Below are positions 18,268-27,043 of a DNA stretch of 64,000 bases, one piece after another; position 1 is the stretch's first letter, and each line of letters begins with the position of its first letter. The stretch comes from Bacteroidota bacterium (lineage in GTDB: Bacteria > Bacteroidota > Bacteroidia > Bacteroidales > GCA-2711565), in assembly GCA_018816945.1 (NCBI GenBank), contig JAHIVC010000099.1, positions 64,554 through 128,553 on the forward strand. The letters are read 5' to 3'. Under the pieces are notes generated by a model. It saw nothing but the letters and a program-made list of their open reading frames with translations. It was not told where the DNA came from and did not search any database. The position numbers were made by a program, and so were the translations under genes.

Positions 18268-18352
18268 GAAGTGCCTAAAGGTTTAAGTGACTAAAATGCC
18301 TAAATCAAATTTCACAAATCAACTTTAGTTACTCCAAACTTTAGCTCACTTC
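18268..18352. repeat. Imperfect inverted repeat built from CTAAAG / CTTTAG words
   Basis: The left arm 18268-18298 (gaagtgcctaaaggtttaagtgactaaaatg) roughly matches the reverse complement of the right arm 18320-18352 (gaagtgagctaaagtttggagtaactaaagttg). It lies in the lysS/lipA divergent promoter region. Confidence 0.75.
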
Positions 18353-18367
18353 AAGTACTTTTTTAAT

Positions 18368-18375
18368 TAATTTTG
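18368..18375 (+). promoter_or_regulatory. -7 box TAATTTTG upstream of lipA
   Basis: Located 21 nt upstream of the ATG at 18396. Confidence 0.4.
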
Positions 18376-18395
18376 CCAAATATTGAACGATTAGA

Positions 18396-19256
18396 ATGAA
18401 AGCAGAAAAACAAACGAGAAGGATAAAACCGGATTGGCTCAAAACCCAAATTCCCACCGGTAAAACATATCTTGGAGTTAGAGAAATTGTTGAAAAAAAC
18501 AAACTTCATACGATTTGCACGAGCGGAAATTGCCCAAACATGAACGAATGCTGGGGTTTAGGAACTGCTACCTTAATGATATTGGGAGATATTTGTACCC
18601 GTTCATGTAAGTTCTGTAATGTAAAAACAGGTAAGCCCGATGCTGTTGATTGCGATGAACCCAAAAGAGTTGCAGATTCTGTTAAGCTAATGAAACTTAA
18701 ACATGTGGTTTTAACTTCTGTCGACCGTGATGATTTAGAAGATGGAGGTGCGGGTATATGGGCCGAAACAATCAAAGAAATTAAGAACACATCACCCGAA
18801 ACCACACAAGAAACCCTTATCCCTGATTTTCAAGGTAAAAAAAATCTGATTGAAATGGTGATCGATGCTGCACCCGAAGTAATTTCCCACAATCTGGAAA
18901 CCGTTGAACGATTAACACCCCAAGTTCGAAGTATTGCCAATTATAGAAGAAGCCTTGAAGTAATCCGTCAAATTGCACTTTCAGGAATTGTTGCAAAATC
19001 AGGGATTATGGTTGGCATAGGCGAAACCGAAGAAGAAGTATTACAATGCATGGACGATTTGCTGGAGGTTGGATGCAAGGTTTTCACCATTGGGCAATAT
19101 TTGCAACCTACCACGAAACATTTACCCGTTCTGGAATATGTTCATCCCGATACTTTTGAAATGTATAAAGAAATTGGATTGGAAAAAGGGTTTACTCATG
19201 TGGAGAGCAGTCCACTGGTACGCTCATCCTATCATGCCGAAAAACATGTTTATTAA
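18396..19256 (+). CDS. lipA: Lipoyl synthase
   Basis: 286 aa with the N-terminal cluster CPNMNECW and the radical-SAM motif CTRSCKFC. It is followed directly by lipB. Confidence 0.95.
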   Translation: MKAEKQTRRIKPDWLKTQIPTGKTYLGVREIVEKNKLHTICTSGNCPNMNECWGLGTATLMILGDICTRSCKFCNVKTGKPDAVDCDEPKRVADSVKLMKLKHVVLTSVDRDDLEDGGAGIWAETIKEIKNTSPETTQETLIPDFQGKKNLIEMVIDAAPEVISHNLETVERLTPQVRSIANYRRSLEVIRQIALSGIVAKSGIMVGIGETEEEVLQCMDDLLEVGCKVFTIGQYLQPTTKHLPVLEYVHPDTFEMYKEIGLEKGFTHVESSPLVRSSYHAEKHVY

Positions 19257-19264
19257 AAAGAAAA

Positions 19265-19939
19265 ATGATCAAAACCATTTATAAAAACTTGGGGATAATC
19301 GATTATAAAGAAGCCTGGGATTATCAGGAAGAATTATTTGCCCAAAAATTACAAGAAAAACGTAACGCTCAAATCCCCGAAAATCATTTATTGCTTTGTG
19401 AGCATCCCCCTGTGTTTACCCTTGGTAAAAGCGGGGATGATTCGAACTTGTTGATAACTCAAAACCTTTTGGATCAAAAAGGAATTCAATATTATAAAAT
19501 TAATAGGGGGGGGGACATTACTTTTCATGGACCGGGTCAAATTGTAGGTTACCCCATACTCGATTTGGAACAATTTAAACTTGGGGTTAAAGAGTATATT
19601 CATGCAATGGAAGAGGTGATTATTAAAACCCTCGCCGATTACCATATTAAAAGCGAACGTCTGGAAGGTGCCACCGGGGTTTGGATGGATACCAATAAAA
19701 TCTCTGCCCGTAAAATTTGTGCCATCGGCGTAAAAGCCAGCCGGCACATTACCATGCATGGTTTTGCTTTTAATGTAAATACCGATTTAAGTTATTACAG
19801 CCTCATCAATCCTTGTGGTTTCACCGATAAAGGCGTGACTTCATTAGCCAAAGAATTAGGTCACGGTCTTAAAATGGCAGAAGTACAGCAACAAGTTAAG
19901 CACTACTTTTCTGAGGTTTTCGGGATGGAAATGGAATAG
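19265..19939 (+). CDS. lipB: Octanoyltransferase (lipoyl(octanoyl) transferase)
   Basis: 224 aa with the motifs RGGDITFHGPGQ and KICAIGVK, in the lipA-lipB gene order. Confidence 0.9.
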   Translation: MIKTIYKNLGIIDYKEAWDYQEELFAQKLQEKRNAQIPENHLLLCEHPPVFTLGKSGDDSNLLITQNLLDQKGIQYYKINRGGDITFHGPGQIVGYPILDLEQFKLGVKEYIHAMEEVIIKTLADYHIKSERLEGATGVWMDTNKISARKICAIGVKASRHITMHGFAFNVNTDLSYYSLINPCGFTDKGVTSLAKELGHGLKMAEVQQQVKHYFSEVFGMEME

Positions 19940-19941
19940 AA

Positions 19942-19980
19942 GTAATACGATTGTAATACAATGGTAATACGTTGTGATAC
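19942..19980. repeat. Direct phased array GTAATAC x3 plus GTGATAC at 11/11/10-nt spacing
   Basis: Words start at 19942, 19953, 19964 and 19974. The array begins 3 nt after the lipB stop codon. Confidence 0.8.
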
Positions 19981-20069
19981 GATATAGTTAGCGTTTATGA
20001 TTAAAAGAAAGGAACGATGATAGAATATCGTGGAATTTTGACAAATTTAAAATTAAACAATTAAAAGAG

Positions 20070-20417
20070 GTGAACAAATTCGAAGAAATTAATCGTAAAA
20101 GAAAAGAATCAAATGCTAGATTCGAGAAGCTAGACTCAAAAGTTTATAAACTTTTTTTAGAAATGGGTGATGCAACATTCTGCGATGGGGCTTTACCGAA
20201 AAAAACAAAGGAACTGATTGTCATAGCAATCGGAGCAATTACAAATTGTGAGTCATGCATGCAATGGCATATTGAGCAAGCCTATAAAGATGGTGCTACT
20301 ATTCATGAAGTCATGGAAGCTCTTGAAGTTGCAATTGATATGGGTGTTGGGCCAGTTACTGTAAATGCGAGGTTTGCACTTGATGTAATGGAGAATACTT
20401 TTGGTAAAATAAAATAA
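20070..20417 (+). CDS. Carboxymuconolactone decarboxylase / AhpD-like family protein
   Basis: 115 aa with an AhpD-type CxxC-x2-H motif (CESCMQWH). It has a GTG start, so the start position is uncertain. Confidence 0.65.
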   Translation: MNKFEEINRKRKESNARFEKLDSKVYKLFLEMGDATFCDGALPKKTKELIVIAIGAITNCESCMQWHIEQAYKDGATIHEVMEALEVAIDMGVGPVTVNARFALDVMENTFGKIK

Positions 20418-20878
20418 AACCCACAAACCCTAATATCCGCTAAATTCCATTTGGGCGGAAATGCAGAAACCAAAGTTTTTTGTACTTTAGTTTTTGTATT
20501 AACGAGGGATAAAAAAACGGTTCTTTGCTCCCAACCGCAATTTAGCGTGGGAACGTTATACCTAGTTTTATCTATTCACAATCAGTGGACATTCGGTTAT
20601 CATTCTATTGTAATTCGTTGGTCAATATTTTGACTTTCTGTTGCTAAGTGTCAATCCAAAAACTCATTAATCACCCAATTATATATTAATATCATTCCGG
20701 CTCAAGCAAAGCGGAAGGCCGGAATCTCATAATTCTTCCTTGAAAAGTTTTTTCTTAACGATACCCAACATTAATCAGGCAAAATTTATAATTGCTTGAG
20801 ACAAATTTCTTTAATCTGTATAAATCATAAAAATAATTTGAGGTTGCAAATTGTGAACTTAAACAAAATATTATACAA

Positions 20879-21394
20879 ATGAAAAACGAATTGGTAAAAG
20901 AAAATTTCGAATCTCTAATTTATGAGTTCAGAGGTGTTAAAATTATGCTGGACTATGATTTAGCCTTATTGTATGATATTGAAACAAGAGCGTTAAAGCA
21001 AGCAGTCCGTAGAAATATAAAGCGATTTCCAAAAGATTTTATGTTCGAGCTCAGCCATGAAGAACATAATTCTTTAAGATCACAAATTGTGATCTTAAAG
21101 AGAGGACAACACTCAAAATATCCTCCGTTTGCATTCACAGAACATGGCGTTTCTATGTTATCATCAGTCTTAAACTCGGATCGGGCAATTCAAATTAATA
21201 TTGAGATTATGCGAGCATTCTCAAAATACAGAGCCTTACTTCTCGAAAGCAAAGAGTTAAATTCAGAAATAAAACGATTAGATAGTAAAATCGATAAAGT
21301 GCTCAAATACTTGCTCAGTAAAATTGATGCACTTCAACAAAAAAAACTTGATGTACCATGTAAGAAAATTGGTTACAAAAGTCATGAAAAATAG
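20879..21394 (+). CDS. ORF6N (KilA-N-related) DNA-binding domain protein with a C-terminal coiled coil
   Basis: 171 aa. The N-terminal segment VKIMLDYDLALLYDIETRALKQAVRRNIKRFPKDFMFEL is typical of ORF6N domains. The gene is isolated between long non-coding flanks. Confidence 0.6.
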   Translation: MKNELVKENFESLIYEFRGVKIMLDYDLALLYDIETRALKQAVRRNIKRFPKDFMFELSHEEHNSLRSQIVILKRGQHSKYPPFAFTEHGVSMLSSVLNSDRAIQINIEIMRAFSKYRALLLESKELNSEIKRLDSKIDKVLKYLLSKIDALQQKKLDVPCKKIGYKSHEK

Positions 21395-21472
21395 ATGAAA
21401 TTTAAAATTCAATTGTAATCCTGTGGACATTCAATAGAGATCCGTTAACTTTTGTATCCAACCTGAACATGT

Positions 21473-21509
21473 AAACACGCAAACACTCAAACACGTAAAC
21501 ACATCTTCA
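21473..21509. repeat. Direct array AAACAC x4 at 8-nt spacing followed by ACATCTTCA
   Basis: AAACAC starts at 21473, 21481, 21489 and 21497. The array ends 2 nt from the recO stop codon (21512-21514, minus strand). Confidence 0.8.
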
Positions 21510-21511
21510 AA

Positions 21512-22237
21512 TTAACTCAATACTTCTTTCAAAACCTTCAACGACTTCGGTGTTCCTAAATTTGGTACATGCAACTGGTAGTATTCAATGATATTATTGA
21601 GTAAATTATTTCTGGCCGTGCTATTTAAAGGAACATCCAACATGTTTTCAAAAGAAACCTGAACTAACAAGCTAAATTGATAAGCAGCTTTTTCGTTGAA
21701 ATAATTTGGATGATTCGGAATAACCGATTCAAAACAACCGCTGTTCATATTAAAAATATTGTAAGTATCTGAGTAAAGTCCCTTAGGAAAAAATCCCAAA
21801 TATTTACTAAGCTGAAGTAAAAATACCAGATGAAAATTAGCAAAGCCTGATGCTCTTAAATCAAGCCATTGAAGAGAATTTGAAATAAAATCAAATAGTT
21901 CAGTGTTGACTTCTTCTTCCTTAATTGAGCGATAAAGAATTTCGTTTATAAGCAATAAAATTGAGCTTTTATGAATATCGTAAGGGATGCTCGAATACTG
22001 ATAAGTAAGGCGAACATCCTGCAAAAAATGAATATTACTTTTTTCTTTATGATTAGCTGTAAGCTCAACCAGTGAAAGATGCTGAAATACCACGGGGGAT
22101 ATTTTTGATTTTTTCCTCCTCGCACCTTTTATAATATAGGATTGCAAGCCAAATTTTTCGGTAAATATCTTTGCAATAATACTGGTTTCGGAGTATTTTA
22201 ATTGATGAAAAACGATGCCCCGGCTTGACGAAATCAT
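21512..22237 (-). CDS. recO: DNA repair protein RecO
   Basis: 241 aa with an N-terminal OB-fold region (RGIVFHQLKYSETSIIAKIFTEKFGLQSYIIKGARR) and typical RecO length. Confidence 0.75.
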   Translation of the reverse strand: MISSSRGIVFHQLKYSETSIIAKIFTEKFGLQSYIIKGARRKKSKISPVVFQHLSLVELTANHKEKSNIHFLQDVRLTYQYSSIPYDIHKSSILLLINEILYRSIKEEEVNTELFDFISNSLQWLDLRASGFANFHLVFLLQLSKYLGFFPKGLYSDTYNIFNMNSGCFESVIPNHPNYFNEKAAYQFSLLVQVSFENMLDVPLNSTARNNLLNNIIEYYQLHVPNLGTPKSLKVLKEVLS

Positions 22238-22250
22238 TGGTTTAATACAA

Positions 22251-24575
22251 TCAATTAATGAACAAAATTTTTGTGATCATGGTCGACGAACCATCACGAT
22301 TGCTAACAAAAACCAGGTAAACGCCTGTTTTAGGTTTTTGTCCGTTTAATGTTTTTCCATCCCAAATTGCCTGTCCACCCAATGATCGGGTTTCAAAAAC
22401 CAAATCACCACTGATATCAGTAATTTTAACGATGGCTTCGTAAGGAACATTCTTAATGGTAATCGGACCCGAATAATCTTCCCTTACCGGATTTGGAAAG
22501 GCATAAATTTCTTCTTTTATGTTTGAAGCATCCGAAGCATCTGATCGATAGGAAATAATCCCATTGCTTGTCCCGAAAAACACTTCTCCTTCCTTATTAA
22601 TGGCGATCGATAGAATGTTGTTCGAAAGCAGTGGTGAATTTTCGGCCATGAAATGAAAAATCTGTTCTTTGCCATCTTCCGAAAATAAAAATACCCCTGA
22701 GTTTTCAGTTCCTACCCATTTTCGATTTGCACCATCTACCGCAATACTCGTGATCCGTTCAGTTTCGAGCAGATACTGAGTTCTGTTATCCCATTCAACA
22801 GTGATCCGTTGTACATCAAAACTACCTCCTCCAAAAACATTTTCCGGAGCGTAAATCAATCCGATACCTTCATTGGTTCCAAGCCAGATTTCTCCATTTA
22901 AATCCTCGGCCATGCAAACAATTTCTGAAGCGAAAATATTTCCGTTTCCCGGATTCGAGGTCAATACTTTTTTCTTATCATCCGATAAATCGCTGATTGA
23001 ATTGTTATCATTAAAAACCAGCAATGAATGGGCGTTTCGTAAGATGATCCACTTTTGATTGTAGGAATCGATCAACATGGTTCCGATATCGACCCCGCTG
23101 TAAGACGATCCCATATTAAACGAAAACCAGTTTCCGTCGATGGTTTGTACTGATAGAATGTCATTGGCACCTGAATTGGCAATCCATAGATTCCCGGCTT
23201 CATCAAATGCAAGATCACTTACCAATATTCTTGAAGGATCAGCATTCCAGGTTCCTAAACTAGAATTTTCGGTGTTATAAATTTCAGTTAAACTTCCATC
23301 ATTAAACTCAAGCAAACCGGTTTGCCAGGTGCCTGCAAAAACCTGTTTATGATTAAAAGGGTTAACAGCCAGGCTCAGCATATCTTGTACGTTTTCAAGT
23401 TCAGCAGATGTGCAATTTTCAGATAAACAATTGATGGAATTCCAGCTTTCATTGATGAACGAATAAATTCCTTCGCGTTTGAATAAGGGTGCCCATACCG
23501 AACTTCTTCCACCTGAAGCAACCCATAAATCATTACCGGCGGTTTTCATCGAAAAGACATCAATAAAGTCAGGGCCATTTAAACTAATGAATTCTCCTTG
23601 CCAACCATCACTTGAGGTTTTAACAAGGCCCTTTTTACTATCGGCAATCCAAATTTGATTTTCACTATCTATCAAAGCACTTTTTGGGAAAATACTCTTT
23701 TGGTTGGGCGACCAGATTTTGGTTTCCAATCCGAATTGTTGATTATAAACCAATACATCCATATTCCGGCAGAATAGCAATTTATTATCTTCAGCTACAA
23801 TATCAATAATATCCGATTGATCAGCATGGGAAAATAGCTGCCACCCTAATCCATTCTGAATGTAAAGGACATCATCATTATATCCGGCATTGTATTTATT
23901 AACAATTATTTTCCCACCAAAAAACTCCACTAAATTGAAAGGTGAAGCAAAATCAGGAATGGTTGTTATCCTTTGCCAGAATGCAAAATCAGCTAGATTA
24001 GGAGCATTAATTGAAGCTGTGTAAATCCCATTTTCTGTGGCAGCATAAAAATTTGTTTCATTTGCAGAAAGATCAAAAATATTCAGATAGCTACCATTTA
24101 GCCCTATGTAATAAGTGTCTTTGATTTCTTCTCTGATAAAATCCAAAACAACAATTCCAAACCCACAAGAAAGGTATGCCAGATTATTACGAATAAATAT
24201 ATTGTGGATGGTTTTATTCCCCAGAATCTGCTTCCGTTTGATATCAGAAATATTGATGATTTGGTTGTTCTTGACTAAATCAACATTAGAATTTGTGTAA
24301 GCTATGATCAAAATACCTGAATTTTTATCATAGCTAATTTTACTAATTCCAACATCCGATAACCCATTTACTTTTGAAAGTTTTTCGATGCTGTTATCCG
24401 TTTTTTCATAATAAAACAAACTATAGGGTGTGGCACAATAAATTTTCGATCCGGCCTCAGCAACAGAAATACCACTTTTATAGGGTAAATGATCGCGCCA
24501 CTGACCAATTCCTATCTGAGAAAAGACCGGGCTAATTAATAAAAAAAGAATGGTTATGAGAATGTATTTCTTCAA
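22251..24575 (-). CDS. Double beta-propeller (two-component-regulator-propeller type) protein with a T9SS C-terminal sorting domain; PorZ-like
   Basis: 774 aa with a signal peptide and many propeller-blade repeats (W-rich, G-L/I-x-x-F/Y). The C-terminal ~80 aa ends ...GVYLVFVSNRDGSSTMITKILFIN, resembling a T9SS CTD. Size and architecture resemble PorZ. The propeller-plus-CTD call is firmer than the PorZ call. Confidence 0.5.
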   Translation of the reverse strand: MKKYILITILFLLISPVFSQIGIGQWRDHLPYKSGISVAEAGSKIYCATPYSLFYYEKTDNSIEKLSKVNGLSDVGISKISYDKNSGILIIAYTNSNVDLVKNNQIINISDIKRKQILGNKTIHNIFIRNNLAYLSCGFGIVVLDFIREEIKDTYYIGLNGSYLNIFDLSANETNFYAATENGIYTASINAPNLADFAFWQRITTIPDFASPFNLVEFFGGKIIVNKYNAGYNDDVLYIQNGLGWQLFSHADQSDIIDIVAEDNKLLFCRNMDVLVYNQQFGLETKIWSPNQKSIFPKSALIDSENQIWIADSKKGLVKTSSDGWQGEFISLNGPDFIDVFSMKTAGNDLWVASGGRSSVWAPLFKREGIYSFINESWNSINCLSENCTSAELENVQDMLSLAVNPFNHKQVFAGTWQTGLLEFNDGSLTEIYNTENSSLGTWNADPSRILVSDLAFDEAGNLWIANSGANDILSVQTIDGNWFSFNMGSSYSGVDIGTMLIDSYNQKWIILRNAHSLLVFNDNNSISDLSDDKKKVLTSNPGNGNIFASEIVCMAEDLNGEIWLGTNEGIGLIYAPENVFGGGSFDVQRITVEWDNRTQYLLETERITSIAVDGANRKWVGTENSGVFLFSEDGKEQIFHFMAENSPLLSNNILSIAINKEGEVFFGTSNGIISYRSDASDASNIKEEIYAFPNPVREDYSGPITIKNVPYEAIVKITDISGDLVFETRSLGGQAIWDGKTLNGQKPKTGVYLVFVSNRDGSSTMITKILFIN

Positions 24576-24687
24576 TGTCTTTATGTTTGCTTACACAATA
24601 TTAGTAATTTCATTTTTAATGAACGTCTTTTAAAGATCAAATTACTGCGGTGTTCAAACATCTTATATCTTGATATTCTATATCTAA

Positions 24688-25485
24688 TTATGATGAATAA
24701 ATATGCAGACTGTTTTGAGCAGCCGGTAAATAATTAATTCCAAACCAGCATACCAATAAAATAATAAAAGCGAAGGTAAGAATCCAAAGTGCCTGCGTCG
24801 TATTGGTTTTTTTCTTTATTCGAAGATGAATATAGATAAGATAAACCAACCAGGTTAATAAGGCCCAAGTTTCCTTAGGATCCCAGGTCCAATAATGTCC
24901 CCAGGCTTCTTTTGCCCATAATGCACCAAACAATAATCCAAATGTTAAAAAAGCAAAACCCAGATAAACCGAATTATCTGCTAATTTTAAGGTTGGATCA
25001 AAATCCATATTTTTCTTCATCAGAACTAAGCCCTTTAATGCCGTTAATGACGAAACGGCCAAAAAGGCATAAGCAATTATGTACACCACAACGTGTGGAA
25101 TAAACCAAGGCGATTGAAGTGCCGGCATCAATGTTTTATCAAAAGTTTCGGGGTTCATAATGTTTATGAACATAAACAAAACAGCCAACGTAAGGGTATA
25201 TGCCAACATCCAGAATATTTTCCATCGATAATAAATGAAAATCCCTATTACCGATAAAAATATAGAATACCATAAACGGGTTTCGCCAAGGGTCCGAAAT
25301 GGCGGACGCTCCAAACTTATCCATAAATTAATGGTAAAACAGGCCAGACCACCAACTCCAAGTATGAGAAATACTGCAGCAAACCAACTGTATGTTTTTG
25401 ATTTTACGAATATTAAAAAGAGCAATCCCACAATCCATAATGCAGTTGTGAGGTAAGTATATAGCGGAAAACTTGTCCAGGTCAT
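24688..25485 (-). CDS. ccsA: Cytochrome c biogenesis protein CcsA (System II heme lyase subunit)
   Basis: 265 aa, polytopic, with the tryptophan-rich WWD-type motif WGHYWTWDPKETWALLTWL. Confidence 0.85.
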   Translation of the reverse strand: MTWTSFPLYTYLTTALWIVGLLFLIFVKSKTYSWFAAVFLILGVGGLACFTINLWISLERPPFRTLGETRLWYSIFLSVIGIFIYYRWKIFWMLAYTLTLAVLFMFINIMNPETFDKTLMPALQSPWFIPHVVVYIIAYAFLAVSSLTALKGLVLMKKNMDFDPTLKLADNSVYLGFAFLTFGLLFGALWAKEAWGHYWTWDPKETWALLTWLVYLIYIHLRIKKKTNTTQALWILTFAFIILLVCWFGINYLPAAQNSLHIYSS

Positions 25486-25488
25486 AAA

Positions 25489-26739
25489 TTAGTCTTTAAT
25501 AGTTTTTGATCTTCCGGTTAGTGCCAGGTAAAGTGATCCTGCCAATATCATAAAAATACTGGTATAAACTGCAGGCAACCATGGGTCCCGAATGAGCTGA
25601 ATGGCACTCATTTTTGACCATTTTCCCATTTTCTCGTCATATCCAACCTGATAAATTTTATACCCAAATACTTCAATAGGTTTGTTTACTATAATCTCAG
25701 CATCTTCGTATTTACTTACAGTTTTGAAAATCCTTAGTTTTGAGCTGAATTTTTTTGGGGCTTGAACTGTCATTGCCAAGGATAGGGTTTCATTTAACGG
25801 CATCAACTGCTTATCATACATGAAATTACCTGCAGAAATCCATCCTGTTTTTTCAACGCCGCTATTTACATTTACTGCCTTTATTTCAACTGCCGGAGTT
25901 GCACCCATAGTAGATGAGCTATCATATTGCCCATCTTTATATCTTGCTTCGGCAATAGATTGCTCTATTTCGAATTGCCAATCATTCCAATTAAACTTAT
26001 TACCGATATTTACATCAAACAGCTTTTCTCCTTTTTTTGTCACAATTTTTGAGGTTTCGTTATCAATAATTGCCAGTGAAGGTGGATATTCTTCAATATC
26101 GAATTCAAGTAATTTAATAGCAAAAGGAAGTTGCTGTGTTATTCCGTTTTTATCCTCTGCAAAATAAATGGCCCGATCTAACACCAGGTTCATATTAAAC
26201 ATCTTTATATCGGCAGATCCCAGCGAAGCAGATGCTATCAAAATCCATAATCCGGCATGATTTAAGAAAAAACCGATATTTTTAAGATTGAATTTATTCA
26301 GTCTTTTAAAAATTGCATGACCAAGAATTGCAAGTAAGTAAATAGCAGAAAACAGGTAAGGCCAGCTATTTTTCAAATGAGTCAATCCCCAGGTTTGTAT
26401 CCAACCTTCCTGCCTTTGTTGAGGAATAAATGCCATTAAAAGAACCAGGAACATCACAAAACTGATAGCTGTAACTGCTGCCGGAACACCAGACAGAAAA
26501 GAAGTAATTCTATTGTTAAGAATTTTACTGCTTATCCAAAAAATGACAATGAGCCCAATGGCTATAACCAAATTAATAGGCCATCCTGGAAGGGTAATCC
26601 TGTATTCGGATAGCACAAATTCAAGAACAAAACCCGCGATCAGCAAAGCAAGGTTTATTAGAATGCTTTCCTTGAATCCCCAAGGCTTTTCCCATATTTT
26701 TTTGTTGATCTTTTCAGCGTTATCTATATCTGTATGCAT
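25489..26739 (-). CDS. ResB/CcsB-like cytochrome c biogenesis protein (System II)
   Basis: 416 aa with several N-terminal TMs, a large soluble loop and a C-terminal TM. Its stop lies 3 nt upstream of ccsA, the classic ccsB-ccsA arrangement. Confidence 0.7.
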   Translation of the reverse strand: MHTDIDNAEKINKKIWEKPWGFKESILINLALLIAGFVLEFVLSEYRITLPGWPINLVIAIGLIVIFWISSKILNNRITSFLSGVPAAVTAISFVMFLVLLMAFIPQQRQEGWIQTWGLTHLKNSWPYLFSAIYLLAILGHAIFKRLNKFNLKNIGFFLNHAGLWILIASASLGSADIKMFNMNLVLDRAIYFAEDKNGITQQLPFAIKLLEFDIEEYPPSLAIIDNETSKIVTKKGEKLFDVNIGNKFNWNDWQFEIEQSIAEARYKDGQYDSSSTMGATPAVEIKAVNVNSGVEKTGWISAGNFMYDKQLMPLNETLSLAMTVQAPKKFSSKLRIFKTVSKYEDAEIIVNKPIEVFGYKIYQVGYDEKMGKWSKMSAIQLIRDPWLPAVYTSIFMILAGSLYLALTGRSKTIKD

Positions 26740-26966
26740 AAAGTTATTTTAGTGTACCAAGGATCATATAAATCTAGTGTGGCGAATATACGAGTTTTTC
26801 AATCTAAGTAATATTGTTTTAAAGGACAAATTAAGATGAATTGTTTGAATTCAGGATAAAGCATTGAATCTTATATTTACCATTAAGATTTTGAAATATA
26901 GGTATATTGCCTATATAATTAGCCTTATTCATTTCTCATCTTTGATTTAAAAGTATCATGGAATTC

Positions 26967-26980
26967 ATGATAAATATCAT
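26967..26980. promoter_or_regulatory. FNR/CRP-like palindrome aTGAT-AAAT-ATCAt
   Basis: Located in the divergent region between the resB-like gene and the ImcH-like gene, 33 nt upstream of the -7 box at 27013. It matches 8 of 10 consensus positions of TTGAT-N4-ATCAA. Confidence 0.3.
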
Positions 26981-27012
26981 TCATATTAAAAATTACAGCT
27001 ATCTTAATTGTA

Positions 27013-27020
27013 TAATTTTG
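27013..27020 (+). promoter_or_regulatory. -7 box TAATTTTG upstream of the ImcH-like cytochrome gene
   Basis: Located 24 nt upstream of the ATG at 27044. It lies inside the 5' end of the track ORF that starts at the TTG at 27008. Confidence 0.4.
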
Positions 27021-27043
27021 TAAAACATACTAAAATTACTAAT

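Noticed and set aside
20451-20633. Track ORF of 60 aa upstream of the ORF6N gene.
   Set aside because: It has a TTG start, has low-complexity odd composition and overlaps hairpin elements. Nothing supports it beyond being open.
20585-21432. A 10-nt direct repeat GTGGACATTC at 20585-20594 and 21423-21432 flanking the ORF6N gene, considered as att sites or a target-site duplication.
   Set aside because: Exact 10-mer coincidences are expected many times over in a 64-kb AT-rich window. A third near-copy (atggacattc, ~54098) sits at an unrelated locus, and no integrase or terminal inverted repeats are present.
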